Shown here: positions 37,703-47,183 of the stretch, piece by piece
How the letters are laid out: every line of letters starts with the position of its first letter
Numbering within the stretch: position 1 is the stretch's first letter
The notes under the pieces: model-generated
What the model was told of the DNA's origin: nothing
The model's database searches: none
Seen by the model: only the letters and a program-made list of their open reading frames with translations
Position numbers and translations under genes: made by a program
Assembly: GCA_965204735.1 (NCBI GenBank)
Contig: OZ242008.1
Location: forward strand, 1,760,001 to 1,824,000
DNA length: 64,000 nt
Direction of reading: 5' to 3'
Origin: Longimicrobiales bacterium
GTDB taxonomy: Bacteria; Gemmatimonadota; Gemmatimonadetes; Longimicrobiales; Gaopeijiaceae

Positions 37703-37934
37703 TCGCTCTCCTCGCTCCAAAAGTCACGCCGTCCTCCCGTCCATCCTACGGCGCCCACCGAAACAGGGGAAGAGCCATCTTTGATTCACGCAGGGATCTC
37801 ATTCTGGTAGTGGCTAGGCCTGACGGCTGGCCGGGCCGGTGAGAGCCCTAGTCCTTGGTGGCCATACGGACCCGTCCTCGGTCTGATTCCGTACCCGTCC
37901 GGGAAGCACCGCAACCGGCAGCGGACGCCATCTG

Positions 37935-37963
37935 TTGACACGAAATCGCCGTTCTGGTACCTT
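37935..37963 (+). promoter_or_regulatory. Sigma70 promoter TTGACA-17-TACCTT (TGn extended -10) heading the defence operon
   Basis: Perfect -35 box, 17-bp spacer and TG extension, about 45 nt upstream of ATG 38010. Confidence 0.75.
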
Positions 37964-38009
37964 GCTATGATCCCACCACCCACCCGCCTTGAACCGGGGA
38001 CTGCACGGA

Positions 38010-39203
38010 ATGTCGGACGTACTGCGGGCCATGAAACTCGCCTTCAATCCATTTGAGCCAACAGCCACCGGAGCCCCGTTGAGGACCCCATTGACCCCGC
38101 CGTCTCGGTTGGAACGGGATGTCCGCACGTTGCTGGATACACTTCAGGGCGGTCTAGGGGTGAAGGTGTTTGTGGTCGTGGGTGAGTATGGCTCCGGCAA
38201 GACCTGTCTCTTGCAGTGGTTGCATCGAATGGTCTTCCGTAACCTGGGAATCAAGTCATTTCTCTTTCACGACCCCGGTGTGCATTTTTATAGACTGGCA
38301 GACACGCTGCTACGGACGGTTGGTCGCAAGAATTTCGCCAAGTTCATTTGGGAACTGGCGCACTCACATGTTACATCCCCGTATCAAGGCAACCTATTCA
38401 GGAAAGGTTTTGAGGAATTCAACCTGTCGATGGGCAAACAACGTGTGTCCAGAAAAGCCGTCGAAGACAATGTTGTCACCAACCTCCAGGATGCCATCTT
38501 GCGAACGGCCATTACATCTGAAGACGAAATCGCTAACTGCCTAGCGAGAATAGTTACGCAGACGGTAACAAAGCCGTATTTTCAGTATAGAGATTTCCTA
38601 CCGCGTTCAGCTAGTGCTGTCGTGGCGCAACATCAGGAACCCTCGTACTTCGGTGCTCTCTTGCGAACAATAGCCCATGGCGAAGGCGCAGATGCCGTCG
38701 CGTTTCTCATCGACGAATTTGAGGAAATAGGATTGCAAAAACGACTCACGCAAAGGGCTGCACATGAATACCTCGCCACCTTGCGTCGGCTTATCTCATT
38801 GGCGCAGGACGAACAAACCAATTTTTGGCTTGTTCTGTCGATGACACCCGACGCCCGCGACAAGACATTTAGTTTGGACGAAGGGCTTCGTGACCGACTA
38901 CACCACGTGATACAGATCAATCCTCTAGACACCGGCAGCGCTGAAGACTTGATGCTTCGGCGTTTGCGAGCCGCGAGGTCAACCTCCGCAGACCATGATT
39001 TGTTTCCGTTTCCTGCTGATCTACTGACAAGATCCAACGGTCCGTTTCCCCCTTCAATACATTCCAATCCAAGGCGGTTAGTTCGAATTTGTTCGGTCGC
39101 GATCGCTCAGGCTAGCTCCGACACGCCCCTTCCGTTCGGCGATAGCTACTTGAAGGATATCGCCGAGCGTCTAGGTAGCAGTCGACACGAGGAGCAGTCT
39201 TGA
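38010..39203 (+). CDS. AAA+ P-loop ATPase, BrxD/DUF2791-like (ORC/Cdc6-type)
   Basis: NPF at the N-terminus, Walker A VGEYGSGKT, Walker B FLIDEFEE, LRDRL arginine finger, FPF and NPRRLV. Confidence 0.8.
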   Translation: MSDVLRAMKLAFNPFEPTATGAPLRTPLTPPSRLERDVRTLLDTLQGGLGVKVFVVVGEYGSGKTCLLQWLHRMVFRNLGIKSFLFHDPGVHFYRLADTLLRTVGRKNFAKFIWELAHSHVTSPYQGNLFRKGFEEFNLSMGKQRVSRKAVEDNVVTNLQDAILRTAITSEDEIANCLARIVTQTVTKPYFQYRDFLPRSASAVVAQHQEPSYFGALLRTIAHGEGADAVAFLIDEFEEIGLQKRLTQRAAHEYLATLRRLISLAQDEQTNFWLVLSMTPDARDKTFSLDEGLRDRLHHVIQINPLDTGSAEDLMLRRLRAARSTSADHDLFPFPADLLTRSNGPFPPSIHSNPRRLVRICSVAIAQASSDTPLPFGDSYLKDIAERLGSSRHEEQS

Positions 39204-39204
39204 C

Positions 39205-39942
39205 ATGAGTGCTGACGTCGGCAGCCCTACTGTCTCAGTAATACTGCTAGACACGAATGTATTGCATTATCTGGATTTGTACACAAAGAACGCCAAGAAG
39301 CACCGTTGGTGTCCTTTTGGCAACAAGAAGGCTGACTTTGGTTCGGACAAGAAGCTTAGGGATGCATTCCGCGATGGCAAGACGGTGATGCGTTTCATCC
39401 AAGAGAGCGGTGCCCAGGTCCAGTACTCGCCTATCTCGGAATTGGAACTACTTGCGGGGCGTTTAAGAGGCGAGGCACTGTTGAAGGCAGCTCAACAAGG
39501 GATACCACACCGAATGTGGTCACTGCATAGCGAAAACGAAGTCAGCCGCCGTCTGAAACCAAATACGTTTCGAGACGTTCATCAAGGCATCGATAACTTG
39601 CTCGATATACTTGGCAACGAGCTTGGTGTTGACGCGGTAGTGAGCCATGGAGAAAGGATGATTGAAGTATGGGACATCGCCAGAGGACTATCCAAGATAG
39701 TCTTTTTGGACCCTGCAGATTGCGTTATCTACGCCAGTGCACTGGCGGTCGGAGCGACATACTTCGTAACCGCCGACGGCTACCTTTGGCAGATGGCCAA
39801 CAAGATCAACACATCACCAAAGAAAGGTAAGGGTGCCCAGGTTCGTGCACTCTTGGCCGATGTCGGTCCGGTTGACACGGCCCCGACCTTGCCGGAGGCA
39901 AAACGACCTACAGATCTGCGCAAGTGCGCGACCGTGAAATGA
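39205..39942 (+). CDS. PIN-domain protein (extended, 245 aa)
   Basis: ILLDTNVL, SELE, DPADCVIYASA and FVTAD: the four acidic PIN positions. Confidence 0.8.
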   Translation: MSADVGSPTVSVILLDTNVLHYLDLYTKNAKKHRWCPFGNKKADFGSDKKLRDAFRDGKTVMRFIQESGAQVQYSPISELELLAGRLRGEALLKAAQQGIPHRMWSLHSENEVSRRLKPNTFRDVHQGIDNLLDILGNELGVDAVVSHGERMIEVWDIARGLSKIVFLDPADCVIYASALAVGATYFVTADGYLWQMANKINTSPKKGKGAQVRALLADVGPVDTAPTLPEAKRPTDLRKCATVK

Positions 39943-41156
39943 CCCGGTTTACGGTCACATCATCTGACGGATGGCAACGGTGGGTCACACCAACGCCGAT
40001 CAAGCAAAGAGCCATTCATAGGTGGTATGTGTTTCCCCATAGTTTTACCGACGACCTTGTGCACGCTCTAGTTGATGAATGGAATCTCGACCAATCGGAT
40101 CACATTTTCGATCCGTTTGTCGGGGCGGGCACGACATTGGTTGCAGCGAGACATAGACGAATACCGGCCCATGGTTGCGATTTGTCTCCACTGGCAGTAT
40201 TTGCGTCAAACACAAAGGTGGCAAACTATTCCGTGTCGAAACTCGAAACGATTTGGAGGCAATTGAGATTCCACCTAGGTCAGGTGTCGAGAAACTGTTG
40301 TGTGGGGGGATACTCAAAGTTGGTGCGTGAGGCACTTCCCGATGGTCGCCTTGAGGCATTTCATAACCTGGCAGGCTATGTTCTTGACCTTGGATGTACT
40401 AGTGCGGAGCGTCGATTCTTTTTGCTTGCCCTGGTATCGGTGATGCCACGGTTCAGTTATGCCGTACCGAGTGGCGGATGGCTTCGCTGGGAGAGAAGTG
40501 GTCTTGGTGCCGATAAGATCACCGAGGTGTTCTCGGAGCAAGTTGAATTGATGCTGAATGACTCGGCACATGTGTGTCAGGAATCTCGGGGTAGTTGGCA
40601 GGCAGTCAGAGCCGATGCAAGACGAATTCCGGTGCACCGAGAGCGATTTTCTGCGGTAGTTACATCACCTCCATATCCAAATAGGCACGACTATACTAGA
40701 GTGTTCGGAGTGGAACTGATGTTTGCGTTCTTAGATTGGCGGCAGAATCGGGCATTGCGTTATCAAACATTTCATTCACATCCGGAAGCACGCCCGGATC
40801 GGCCGCAGATCGACGGCTACGTGGTACCCGGGAACCTTGATGATTCTCTTGAGGCTGTTGACGACAAGCGGATACGTCGCATGTTGAGGGGATACTTTCT
40901 GGATATGTACCTCTGCCTTCGGGAGGTTGCACGAGTGTGCCGGCCCAAGGCCAGAATCGCCTTTGTAGTTGGCAACGCACAATATGCTGGCCAGTCGATA
41001 ATGGTGGACGAATTTACGGCAGAGCTAGGGGAGACGGCTGGCTTGACCTGTACAGAAATCAGAGTCGTGCGGTGGCGCGGCAATAGCGCGCAGCAAATGG
41101 GGAGGTTTGGACGCAGGGCGTCGCGGGAGAGTATCGTGATGTTTAGGAAGAGATGA
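39939..41156 (+). CDS. Amino-DNA methyltransferase, alpha motif order, SPPY (probably N4-cytosine)
   Basis: IHRWYVF, motif I FDPFVGAGTT before motif IV TSPPY, then FVVGN and RESIV. ATGA overlap with the PIN gene. Confidence 0.9.
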   Translation: MTRFTVTSSDGWQRWVTPTPIKQRAIHRWYVFPHSFTDDLVHALVDEWNLDQSDHIFDPFVGAGTTLVAARHRRIPAHGCDLSPLAVFASNTKVANYSVSKLETIWRQLRFHLGQVSRNCCVGGYSKLVREALPDGRLEAFHNLAGYVLDLGCTSAERRFFLLALVSVMPRFSYAVPSGGWLRWERSGLGADKITEVFSEQVELMLNDSAHVCQESRGSWQAVRADARRIPVHRERFSAVVTSPPYPNRHDYTRVFGVELMFAFLDWRQNRALRYQTFHSHPEARPDRPQIDGYVVPGNLDDSLEAVDDKRIRRMLRGYFLDMYLCLREVARVCRPKARIAFVVGNAQYAGQSIMVDEFTAELGETAGLTCTEIRVVRWRGNSAQQMGRFGRRASRESIVMFRKR

Positions 41157-41219
41157 CTAGTCGGGGCAGAGTCTTGGGATTCCGGTGTTCCTATGGGGAG
41201 TAGCCGAGGAGTTCACGGA

Positions 41220-42917
41220 GTGCGGCAGATGAACCCGTACCCCCGAGCCACCGACTACCGCGAGCTGCTCGGGAACGGAAGAGTGTATCGGGTCCCGCTT
41301 TACCAGCGCGACTACTCATGGACTTCGGAGCAGTGGGACGACCTTTGGACGGACATCCTGGAAGTGCGAGCAGGAAGGGAAGGCAGGCACTACCTGGGCA
41401 CACTAGTTGTCGAGTCCACGAACGATCGCGAATTCGCGGTGATCGACGGCCAGCAGCGGCTGGCAACCCTGAGCGTGCTTGCCCTTGCGGTGATCGCCAA
41501 GCTGGAGGACTTGGCGAGAGACGGGATCGATTCCGAGGCGAATTGGGAAAGGAGCAAGGCGCTCCGCAATCGCTTTGTGGGGGAGAAGGACCCAGCATCG
41601 CTCGTGGAGCACAGTCGGTTGACGCTGAACCACACCAACGACGGCTTCTATCAGGACATCCTGGTACAGCTTCGGGAGCCTCACAACCTACACGGCTTGG
41701 CGGCGTCGAATCGACAGCTGTGGGAGGCGTTCGGATACTTTCGGACGCACCTGGACGAGATGGCCGACGTGACGAACGACGGCGAAGCCCTCGCCGGCAT
41801 TCTGTCGGAGAACGTAGGCCGTGGCCTGCTGTTCATCGTCATCACCGTGGACGACGAACTGACCGCGTACACCGTGTTCGAGACGTTGAACGCCCGGGGG
41901 CTTGAGCTTACCACTACGGACTTGCTCAAGAACTTCCTCTTTTCGACGGTGCAGGTCAAGAGCGGCCGCCATGTCCTTGATCAACGCTGGCAGTCTTTGG
42001 TCACGGCCCTGGAGCCGTCTTGTTTTCCGGATTTTCTTCGGTATCACCTTCTGTGCGCTCATTCCGAGGTTCGTGGCCGTCGCTTGTTCAAGATCGTGCG
42101 AAGCGAGATCAGGAGTGCTGACGACGTTTTCAGCTTGTTCGACGCCATAGAGCCACGCGGAGAACTGTTCGCCGCACTTCGCGAACCCGCGCACGAGTAC
42201 TGGACCGACATTCCGGGTGCGAAACGCAGTGTTTCGGAACTGATTCTCTTCGAAGCGCGGTGGGCGACGCCCCTGTTGTTCGCGACGTGGGACCATCTGC
42301 CTCCCAGGGAGTTCGCCAAGTCCTTGAGGGTGGTGAGCACGATCGCCTTCCGATACTCCGTAGTTGGGCGGCTCTGCGGCGCTCGGCTTGAATCGGTCGG
42401 CCATCAGGCAGCGAAGGCCGTGACGGCTGGGGGTGTCCGAAACGCTCGAGGGCTATTCGAGGAACTGGGGTCCGTCTATGTTGAGGATGCACAATTCCGG
42501 CGAAGCTTTGCGGAACTGGCAATCGCTGGTAGTCGAAGGAAGCTGATCAAGTACGTGCTCGCCCGCCTCGAAGGCGACGCTTCGGGACGAGAGTGTGATC
42601 ATGACAACGATCCAGGGGCGGTTGAGTATATTCTGCCGAGAAACCCGTCCGACGACTGGTGCCATGCCTTTCCGGGACGCCAACGGCCCTCGGCCGTGAA
42701 TCGCTTGGGCAATTTGACCCTGGTCGAGGGCGGCATCTACGCACGGATTGGAAACGCGGGCTATCGGGAGAAAGTTGTGGAGTACGGCAAGAGCGCGTAC
42801 GCTTTGACCCACGAGGTATCGGAACTCGCGCCGGAGGACTGGAACTGGTCATCGCTGGAGAAGCGCCAAGTGCTCATGGCTGAACGAGCAACCGACTTGT
42901 GGCGAGTGGAGGTATGA
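41220..42917 (+). CDS. DUF262-DUF1524 (GmrSD-like type IV restriction) protein with substituted HNH residues
   Basis: VPLYQRDYSW, IDGQQRL and FETLNARG. C-terminal VEYILP...LGNLTL. Start GTG 41220 follows GAGGAG; an alternative ATG is at 41193. Confidence 0.88.
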   Translation: MRQMNPYPRATDYRELLGNGRVYRVPLYQRDYSWTSEQWDDLWTDILEVRAGREGRHYLGTLVVESTNDREFAVIDGQQRLATLSVLALAVIAKLEDLARDGIDSEANWERSKALRNRFVGEKDPASLVEHSRLTLNHTNDGFYQDILVQLREPHNLHGLAASNRQLWEAFGYFRTHLDEMADVTNDGEALAGILSENVGRGLLFIVITVDDELTAYTVFETLNARGLELTTTDLLKNFLFSTVQVKSGRHVLDQRWQSLVTALEPSCFPDFLRYHLLCAHSEVRGRRLFKIVRSEIRSADDVFSLFDAIEPRGELFAALREPAHEYWTDIPGAKRSVSELILFEARWATPLLFATWDHLPPREFAKSLRVVSTIAFRYSVVGRLCGARLESVGHQAAKAVTAGGVRNARGLFEELGSVYVEDAQFRRSFAELAIAGSRRKLIKYVLARLEGDASGRECDHDNDPGAVEYILPRNPSDDWCHAFPGRQRPSAVNRLGNLTLVEGGIYARIGNAGYREKVVEYGKSAYALTHEVSELAPEDWNWSSLEKRQVLMAERATDLWRVEV

Positions 42918-45814
42918 CAGCCATGGAGCGCAAGAAGCTGATCGAGGTCGCGCTTCCGCTGGACGCGATCAACGCGGCGTCGGCGCGTGAGAAGTTGATC
43001 CGTCATGGGCATCCGAGTACGCTGCACCTTTGGTGGGCGCGACGACCGCTAGCGGCGGCCCGGGCCGTCATCTTCGCACAGATGGTGGACGATCCGTCGG
43101 AGTGGCCTGAGCTGTTTCCGACGGAGGCTGAACAGGATGCGGAACGTGAGCGGCTATTCAAGCTGATCGAAGAGCTGGTCAAGTGGGAGAACACCACGAA
43201 CGAGGATGTGCTGGGGCGGGCGCGTCGGAAGATACGGGATAGCTGGCGGCGGACCTGCGAGAGCCATGCAGATGCCCGGTCCGCGACGGAGCTGTTCGAC
43301 CCAACCCGCCTGCCGGCGTTCCATGATCCGTTCGCGGGCGGCGGAGCGTTGCCGTTGGAGGCGCAACGACTCGGTTTCGAGGCCCATGCGAGTGACCTGA
43401 ATCCGGTCGCCGTCCTGATCAACAAGGCGATGATCGAGATTCCGCCGAAGTTCGCGGGCCGTCCGCCCGTAAACCCGGAATGGCGCAACAAGCCGGACGA
43501 AGAGAAGGCTCTCTCGACATGGAGCGGTGCGCAGGGCTTGGCGGAGGACGTGCGCTACTACGGCAACTGGATGCGGGACGAGGCCCAGGAGCAGATCGGC
43601 GACCTGTATCCGACGGCGTGCATTTCCAAGGAGATGTGCCGCGGGCGCCCGGACCTAAAGAAGTACGAGGGTCGGGAACTGACGGTAATCGCGTGGCTGT
43701 GGGCGCGGACGGTTCGAAGCCCGAACCCGGCTTTCGCGAATATAGAGGTACCGCTGGTGTCGTCGTTCTGGCTGTCGAGGAAGAAGGGGAAGGAGGCGTG
43801 GTTACGGCCGGTGGTGGATGGTCGGAAGTGGCGGTTCGAGGTTCGGAAGGGGGTGTCGGGGGACCCGGAGGCGGTGGGGAGAGGGACGAAACTATCGAGG
43901 GGGTCCAACTTCCGGTGCTTGGTGTCCGGTACGCCGATTGGGCCGGAGTGGATCAGAGCGGAGGGACAGGCAGGCCGTATGGGCGCGCAACTAACGGCCG
44001 TAGTTGCCGAGGGAGATCGGGAGCGGGTGTATCTGAACCCGAAGTTGAGGCATGAGACAGCCGCGGCGACAGCCACCCCGGATTGGGGGCCGGAGGGCGA
44101 TGTCCCCAAACGACTCACCGGTGGTACCTGCTACGGTTATGGCCTCACCGAGTGGCGGGATCTCTTCACGTCTCGCCAGTTGGTGGCCCTGACGACATTC
44201 GCGGACTTGGTGGCGAAAGCGCGGAACCGGGCCGAGCGTGACGCAAAGGCGGCCGGGATGCGCGACGACGGCAAAGCACTGCGACACGGTGGAAGGGGAG
44301 CCATGGGCTACGGAGAGGCGGTGGCTCTGTACCTTGGCTTGACTGTCGGACGCCTAGCCAATCGGGGTTGCACGTTGTCGTTCTGGAACATTACGGGTCA
44401 AAAAATTGAACAAGTTTTTGCCCGTCAGGCTTTGCCAATGGTCTGGGATTTCTGCGAGTCCAATCCCTTCAGCAGTTCGAGCGGCAACTGGCTGGGCCAG
44501 CTCGTTTGGCCGGCCAAAGTCGTACAGCAGTTGCCGACTGCCAAGCCAGGCGTCGTGTGCCAGGAGGACGCGCAACAGCAGCGACTTTCGATCGGAAAGG
44601 TCGTATCCACCGACCCGCCGTACTACGACAATATTGGCTACGCCGACCTTTCAGATTTTTTCTACGTGTGGTTGCGCCGGTCGCTGGCAAGCCAGTTCCC
44701 TGATCTGTTCCTATCCATCACGGTGCCCAAGGCCGAGGAGTTGGTGGCAACGCCCTATCGTCACGGTGGCAAGACCGAAGCTGAACGGTTTTTCCTGGCT
44801 GGCATGGTTCAGGCGATGCGACGGTTGGCCCTCGATTCGCATCCTGCCTGTCCCGTCACTATCTACTACGCGTTCAAACAGTCCGAGAGCAGGGGAGCAG
44901 ACGGCCGTGCGAGCACCGGGTGGGAGACCTTCCTCCAGGCCGTGGCCGATGTGGGCTTCGCGATCACCGGCACATGGCCCGTCCGAACTGAGCTCACTGG
45001 CAGCCTCAAGAAGACAATCGCCGCCCTCGCTTCCTCGATCGTCCTCGTCTGCCGCAAACGCTCTACTGGTAGTGGAGCCAGGGAGATCACTCGTCGTGAG
45101 TTCCAGGACGCTCTCGCCAGTGAATTACCTGAGGCCCTGCGCAAGCTACGGACCACCAACATTGCCCCGGTTGACTTGGCCCAGGCGGCGATCGGGCCCG
45201 GAATGGCGATCTTCACACGCCACGCGGCCGTCCTCCTCCCAGACGGTAAGCCGGTCAAGGTTCGTGAGGCGCTCCGGCTGATCAACCAAGCCCTGGACGA
45301 GGCCCTCGAAGGCGATTTCGACGGCGACACGCGCTGGGCCGTTGCTTGGTTTGCGTCCCACGGATTCGAGGCCGGCGAATTCGGAGTCGCCGATGTGCTG
45401 GCCAGGGCGAAGAACATCAGCATCGACGGTTTGGTGGAAGCCGGTGTCCTGGAGTCGACGGGCGGGCAGGTTCGCCTGCTTCGGCCTTCGGAGCTGATGG
45501 AGGACTGGAAACCCGGCGAGAATGGACAGCCAACGACTTGGGAGAAGACGCATCATCTTCTGAAGGTGTATGCGGAATCCGGTGAGATCGGTGCCGCGAA
45601 GCTGCTGGACAGGCTTGGTCTAATCGACGATGCGGTCCGCGATCTGGCGTACAGCAACTACCTGATCTGTGAGCGCAAGAAGTGGAGCACCGCGGCATTC
45701 GGATACAACGCCCTGGTGCAGAGTTGGCCCGAGATCGCGCGACAAGCGAGGATGAAGCCCTGGTTAGTGGAATCGGCGCAGATCGAGATGGGGGAAGACT
45801 CCGATGCTGACTAG
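42914..45814 (+). CDS. DUF1156-domain adenine DNA methyltransferase
   Basis: KKLIEVALPL, LHLWWARRPLA, DPFAGGG and TDPPYYDNIGYADLSDFF. Confidence 0.93.
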   Translation: MTAMERKKLIEVALPLDAINAASAREKLIRHGHPSTLHLWWARRPLAAARAVIFAQMVDDPSEWPELFPTEAEQDAERERLFKLIEELVKWENTTNEDVLGRARRKIRDSWRRTCESHADARSATELFDPTRLPAFHDPFAGGGALPLEAQRLGFEAHASDLNPVAVLINKAMIEIPPKFAGRPPVNPEWRNKPDEEKALSTWSGAQGLAEDVRYYGNWMRDEAQEQIGDLYPTACISKEMCRGRPDLKKYEGRELTVIAWLWARTVRSPNPAFANIEVPLVSSFWLSRKKGKEAWLRPVVDGRKWRFEVRKGVSGDPEAVGRGTKLSRGSNFRCLVSGTPIGPEWIRAEGQAGRMGAQLTAVVAEGDRERVYLNPKLRHETAAATATPDWGPEGDVPKRLTGGTCYGYGLTEWRDLFTSRQLVALTTFADLVAKARNRAERDAKAAGMRDDGKALRHGGRGAMGYGEAVALYLGLTVGRLANRGCTLSFWNITGQKIEQVFARQALPMVWDFCESNPFSSSSGNWLGQLVWPAKVVQQLPTAKPGVVCQEDAQQQRLSIGKVVSTDPPYYDNIGYADLSDFFYVWLRRSLASQFPDLFLSITVPKAEELVATPYRHGGKTEAERFFLAGMVQAMRRLALDSHPACPVTIYYAFKQSESRGADGRASTGWETFLQAVADVGFAITGTWPVRTELTGSLKKTIAALASSIVLVCRKRSTGSGAREITRREFQDALASELPEALRKLRTTNIAPVDLAQAAIGPGMAIFTRHAAVLLPDGKPVKVREALRLINQALDEALEGDFDGDTRWAVAWFASHGFEAGEFGVADVLARAKNISIDGLVEAGVLESTGGQVRLLRPSELMEDWKPGENGQPTTWEKTHHLLKVYAESGEIGAAKLLDRLGLIDDAVRDLAYSNYLICERKKWSTAAFGYNALVQSWPEIARQARMKPWLVESAQIEMGEDSDAD

Positions 45815-47183
45815 AATTCGCCTGAAGAACTTCAAGTCGTGGGCCGACACCGGCGACGTGGCATTGCGTCCCATCACCGGCTTCTTTGGGGCCAACAGCT
45901 CGGGCAAGAGCAGCCTGCTCCACGCGATCCTGCTGCTGAAGCAGACGTCCGACTCGCAGGACCGGGGCCTGGTTTTTCACTTCGGCGACAAGTCGACTCC
46001 GGTTGACCTTGGCGACTTTGCGAGCGTACTTCATGGTCACGAGGCAGGCAGTGAGCTCCAGATGTTACTCGATTGGCAGCTCGGGTCACCGATGGTGATC
46101 AAGGACACTAAAAATGAGGATCGCATCGTAGCTAGCAGTAGCGCGTTGGGGTTCTCGGTCTCGACGGCCGCGGCAACAGCAAAAGGACCAGGGCGTCCAG
46201 TGGTACGAGAGATGACTTACAAAGTCGGCGATGCACGGTTTGGGATGGGCAGGAAGCTCTCAAGGACGACCGCATACGAGCTGCGTTCGACCACGCCCGA
46301 CCGCCCCGAGTTTGTATTTGTACGTAGCGTAGGACGGCCACGGACCCTGCCAGGGCCGGAAAAATGCTATGGCTTTCCCGACCTGGTTCGTGCCGATTAC
46401 CAGAATGCGGGGTTCTTGGCGGACTTGGCCCTTGCACTTGAGCAACGCCTGGATCGGGTGGCGCATCTTGGTCCCCTGCGCGCCCATCCCGAGCGTAGAT
46501 ACGCGTGGACCGGGGCGCAACCTGCGGACATGGGACGAGCGGGTGAAGCTGTGGTCGATGCGATTCTTGCGGCCAGGGAAAGGGATCACAAGATCTCGCC
46601 AGGGTACAGAAAGAGGCGACTCACCGTGGAGCAGTACGTCGCCAAGTGGTTGAAGGAACTACGACTCATTCACGACTTTTGCGTCGTATCCGTTGGAGAT
46701 AGCGGTCAACTGTATGAAGTGAGGGTCAGGCGTACGCGCAGGTCGGCGGATGTGCTCTTGACGGACGTTGGATTCGGCGTGTCCCAGATCTTGCCCGTTC
46801 TAGTCCTCTGTCTATTTGTTCCCGAGGGATCGACAGTGCTTCTCGAACAGCCCGAGATTCACTTGCATCCGTCGGTGCAGTCGGGTCTCGCGGACATCAT
46901 GATCGACGCATGGAAGAATCGGAAGGTGCAGGTGATCGTCGAGAGTCACAGCGAACACCTTCTCCGTCGCCTTCAGCGCAGGATTGCGGACGAGACGATA
47001 GCGACGGGCGATGTGGGGCTCTATTTTTGCGACTTGGGCCGCAGGCAGTCGGAGCTCAGAAGGCTTGACCTGGACGTATTCGGCAACGTCACGAACTGGC
47101 CGCCGGGCTTCTTCGGCGACGAATTCGGGGAAATCGCGGCGATGACCCGGGCGGCCGAACGACGAAAGGAGAAGGGAAGATGA
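45804..47183 (+). CDS. ABC-type (AAA_15/AAA_21) ATPase with a C-terminal DUF3696
   Basis: LKNFKS, GANSSGKS, DVGFGVSQILP, LLEQPEIHLHP, ESHSEH and WPPGFF. Confidence 0.88.
   Translation: MLTRIRLKNFKSWADTGDVALRPITGFFGANSSGKSSLLHAILLLKQTSDSQDRGLVFHFGDKSTPVDLGDFASVLHGHEAGSELQMLLDWQLGSPMVIKDTKNEDRIVASSSALGFSVSTAAATAKGPGRPVVREMTYKVGDARFGMGRKLSRTTAYELRSTTPDRPEFVFVRSVGRPRTLPGPEKCYGFPDLVRADYQNAGFLADLALALEQRLDRVAHLGPLRAHPERRYAWTGAQPADMGRAGEAVVDAILAARERDHKISPGYRKRRLTVEQYVAKWLKELRLIHDFCVVSVGDSGQLYEVRVRRTRRSADVLLTDVGFGVSQILPVLVLCLFVPEGSTVLLEQPEIHLHPSVQSGLADIMIDAWKNRKVQVIVESHSEHLLRRLQRRIADETIATGDVGLYFCDLGRRQSELRRLDLDVFGNVTNWPPGFFGDEFGEIAAMTRAAERRKEKGR

Larger units (their letters stand above)
35317..37776 (-). 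mobile_element. ISL3-family insertion sequence carrying a nested IS in one end
   Basis: Terminal IRs GGCTCTTCGCCTGATGTGGTGGG (35317) and the reverse complement of GGCTCTTCCCCTGTTTCGGTGGG (ending 37776). Perfect 8-bp TSD ATCTTTGA at 35309-35316 and 37777-37784. Confidence 0.92.

Noticed and set aside
43700..43930. Loss of Zn-ribbon cysteines in DUF1156 (ARTVRSPNPAF)
   Set aside because: As far as I recall this variant is common in the family, so it is not evidence of inactivation.
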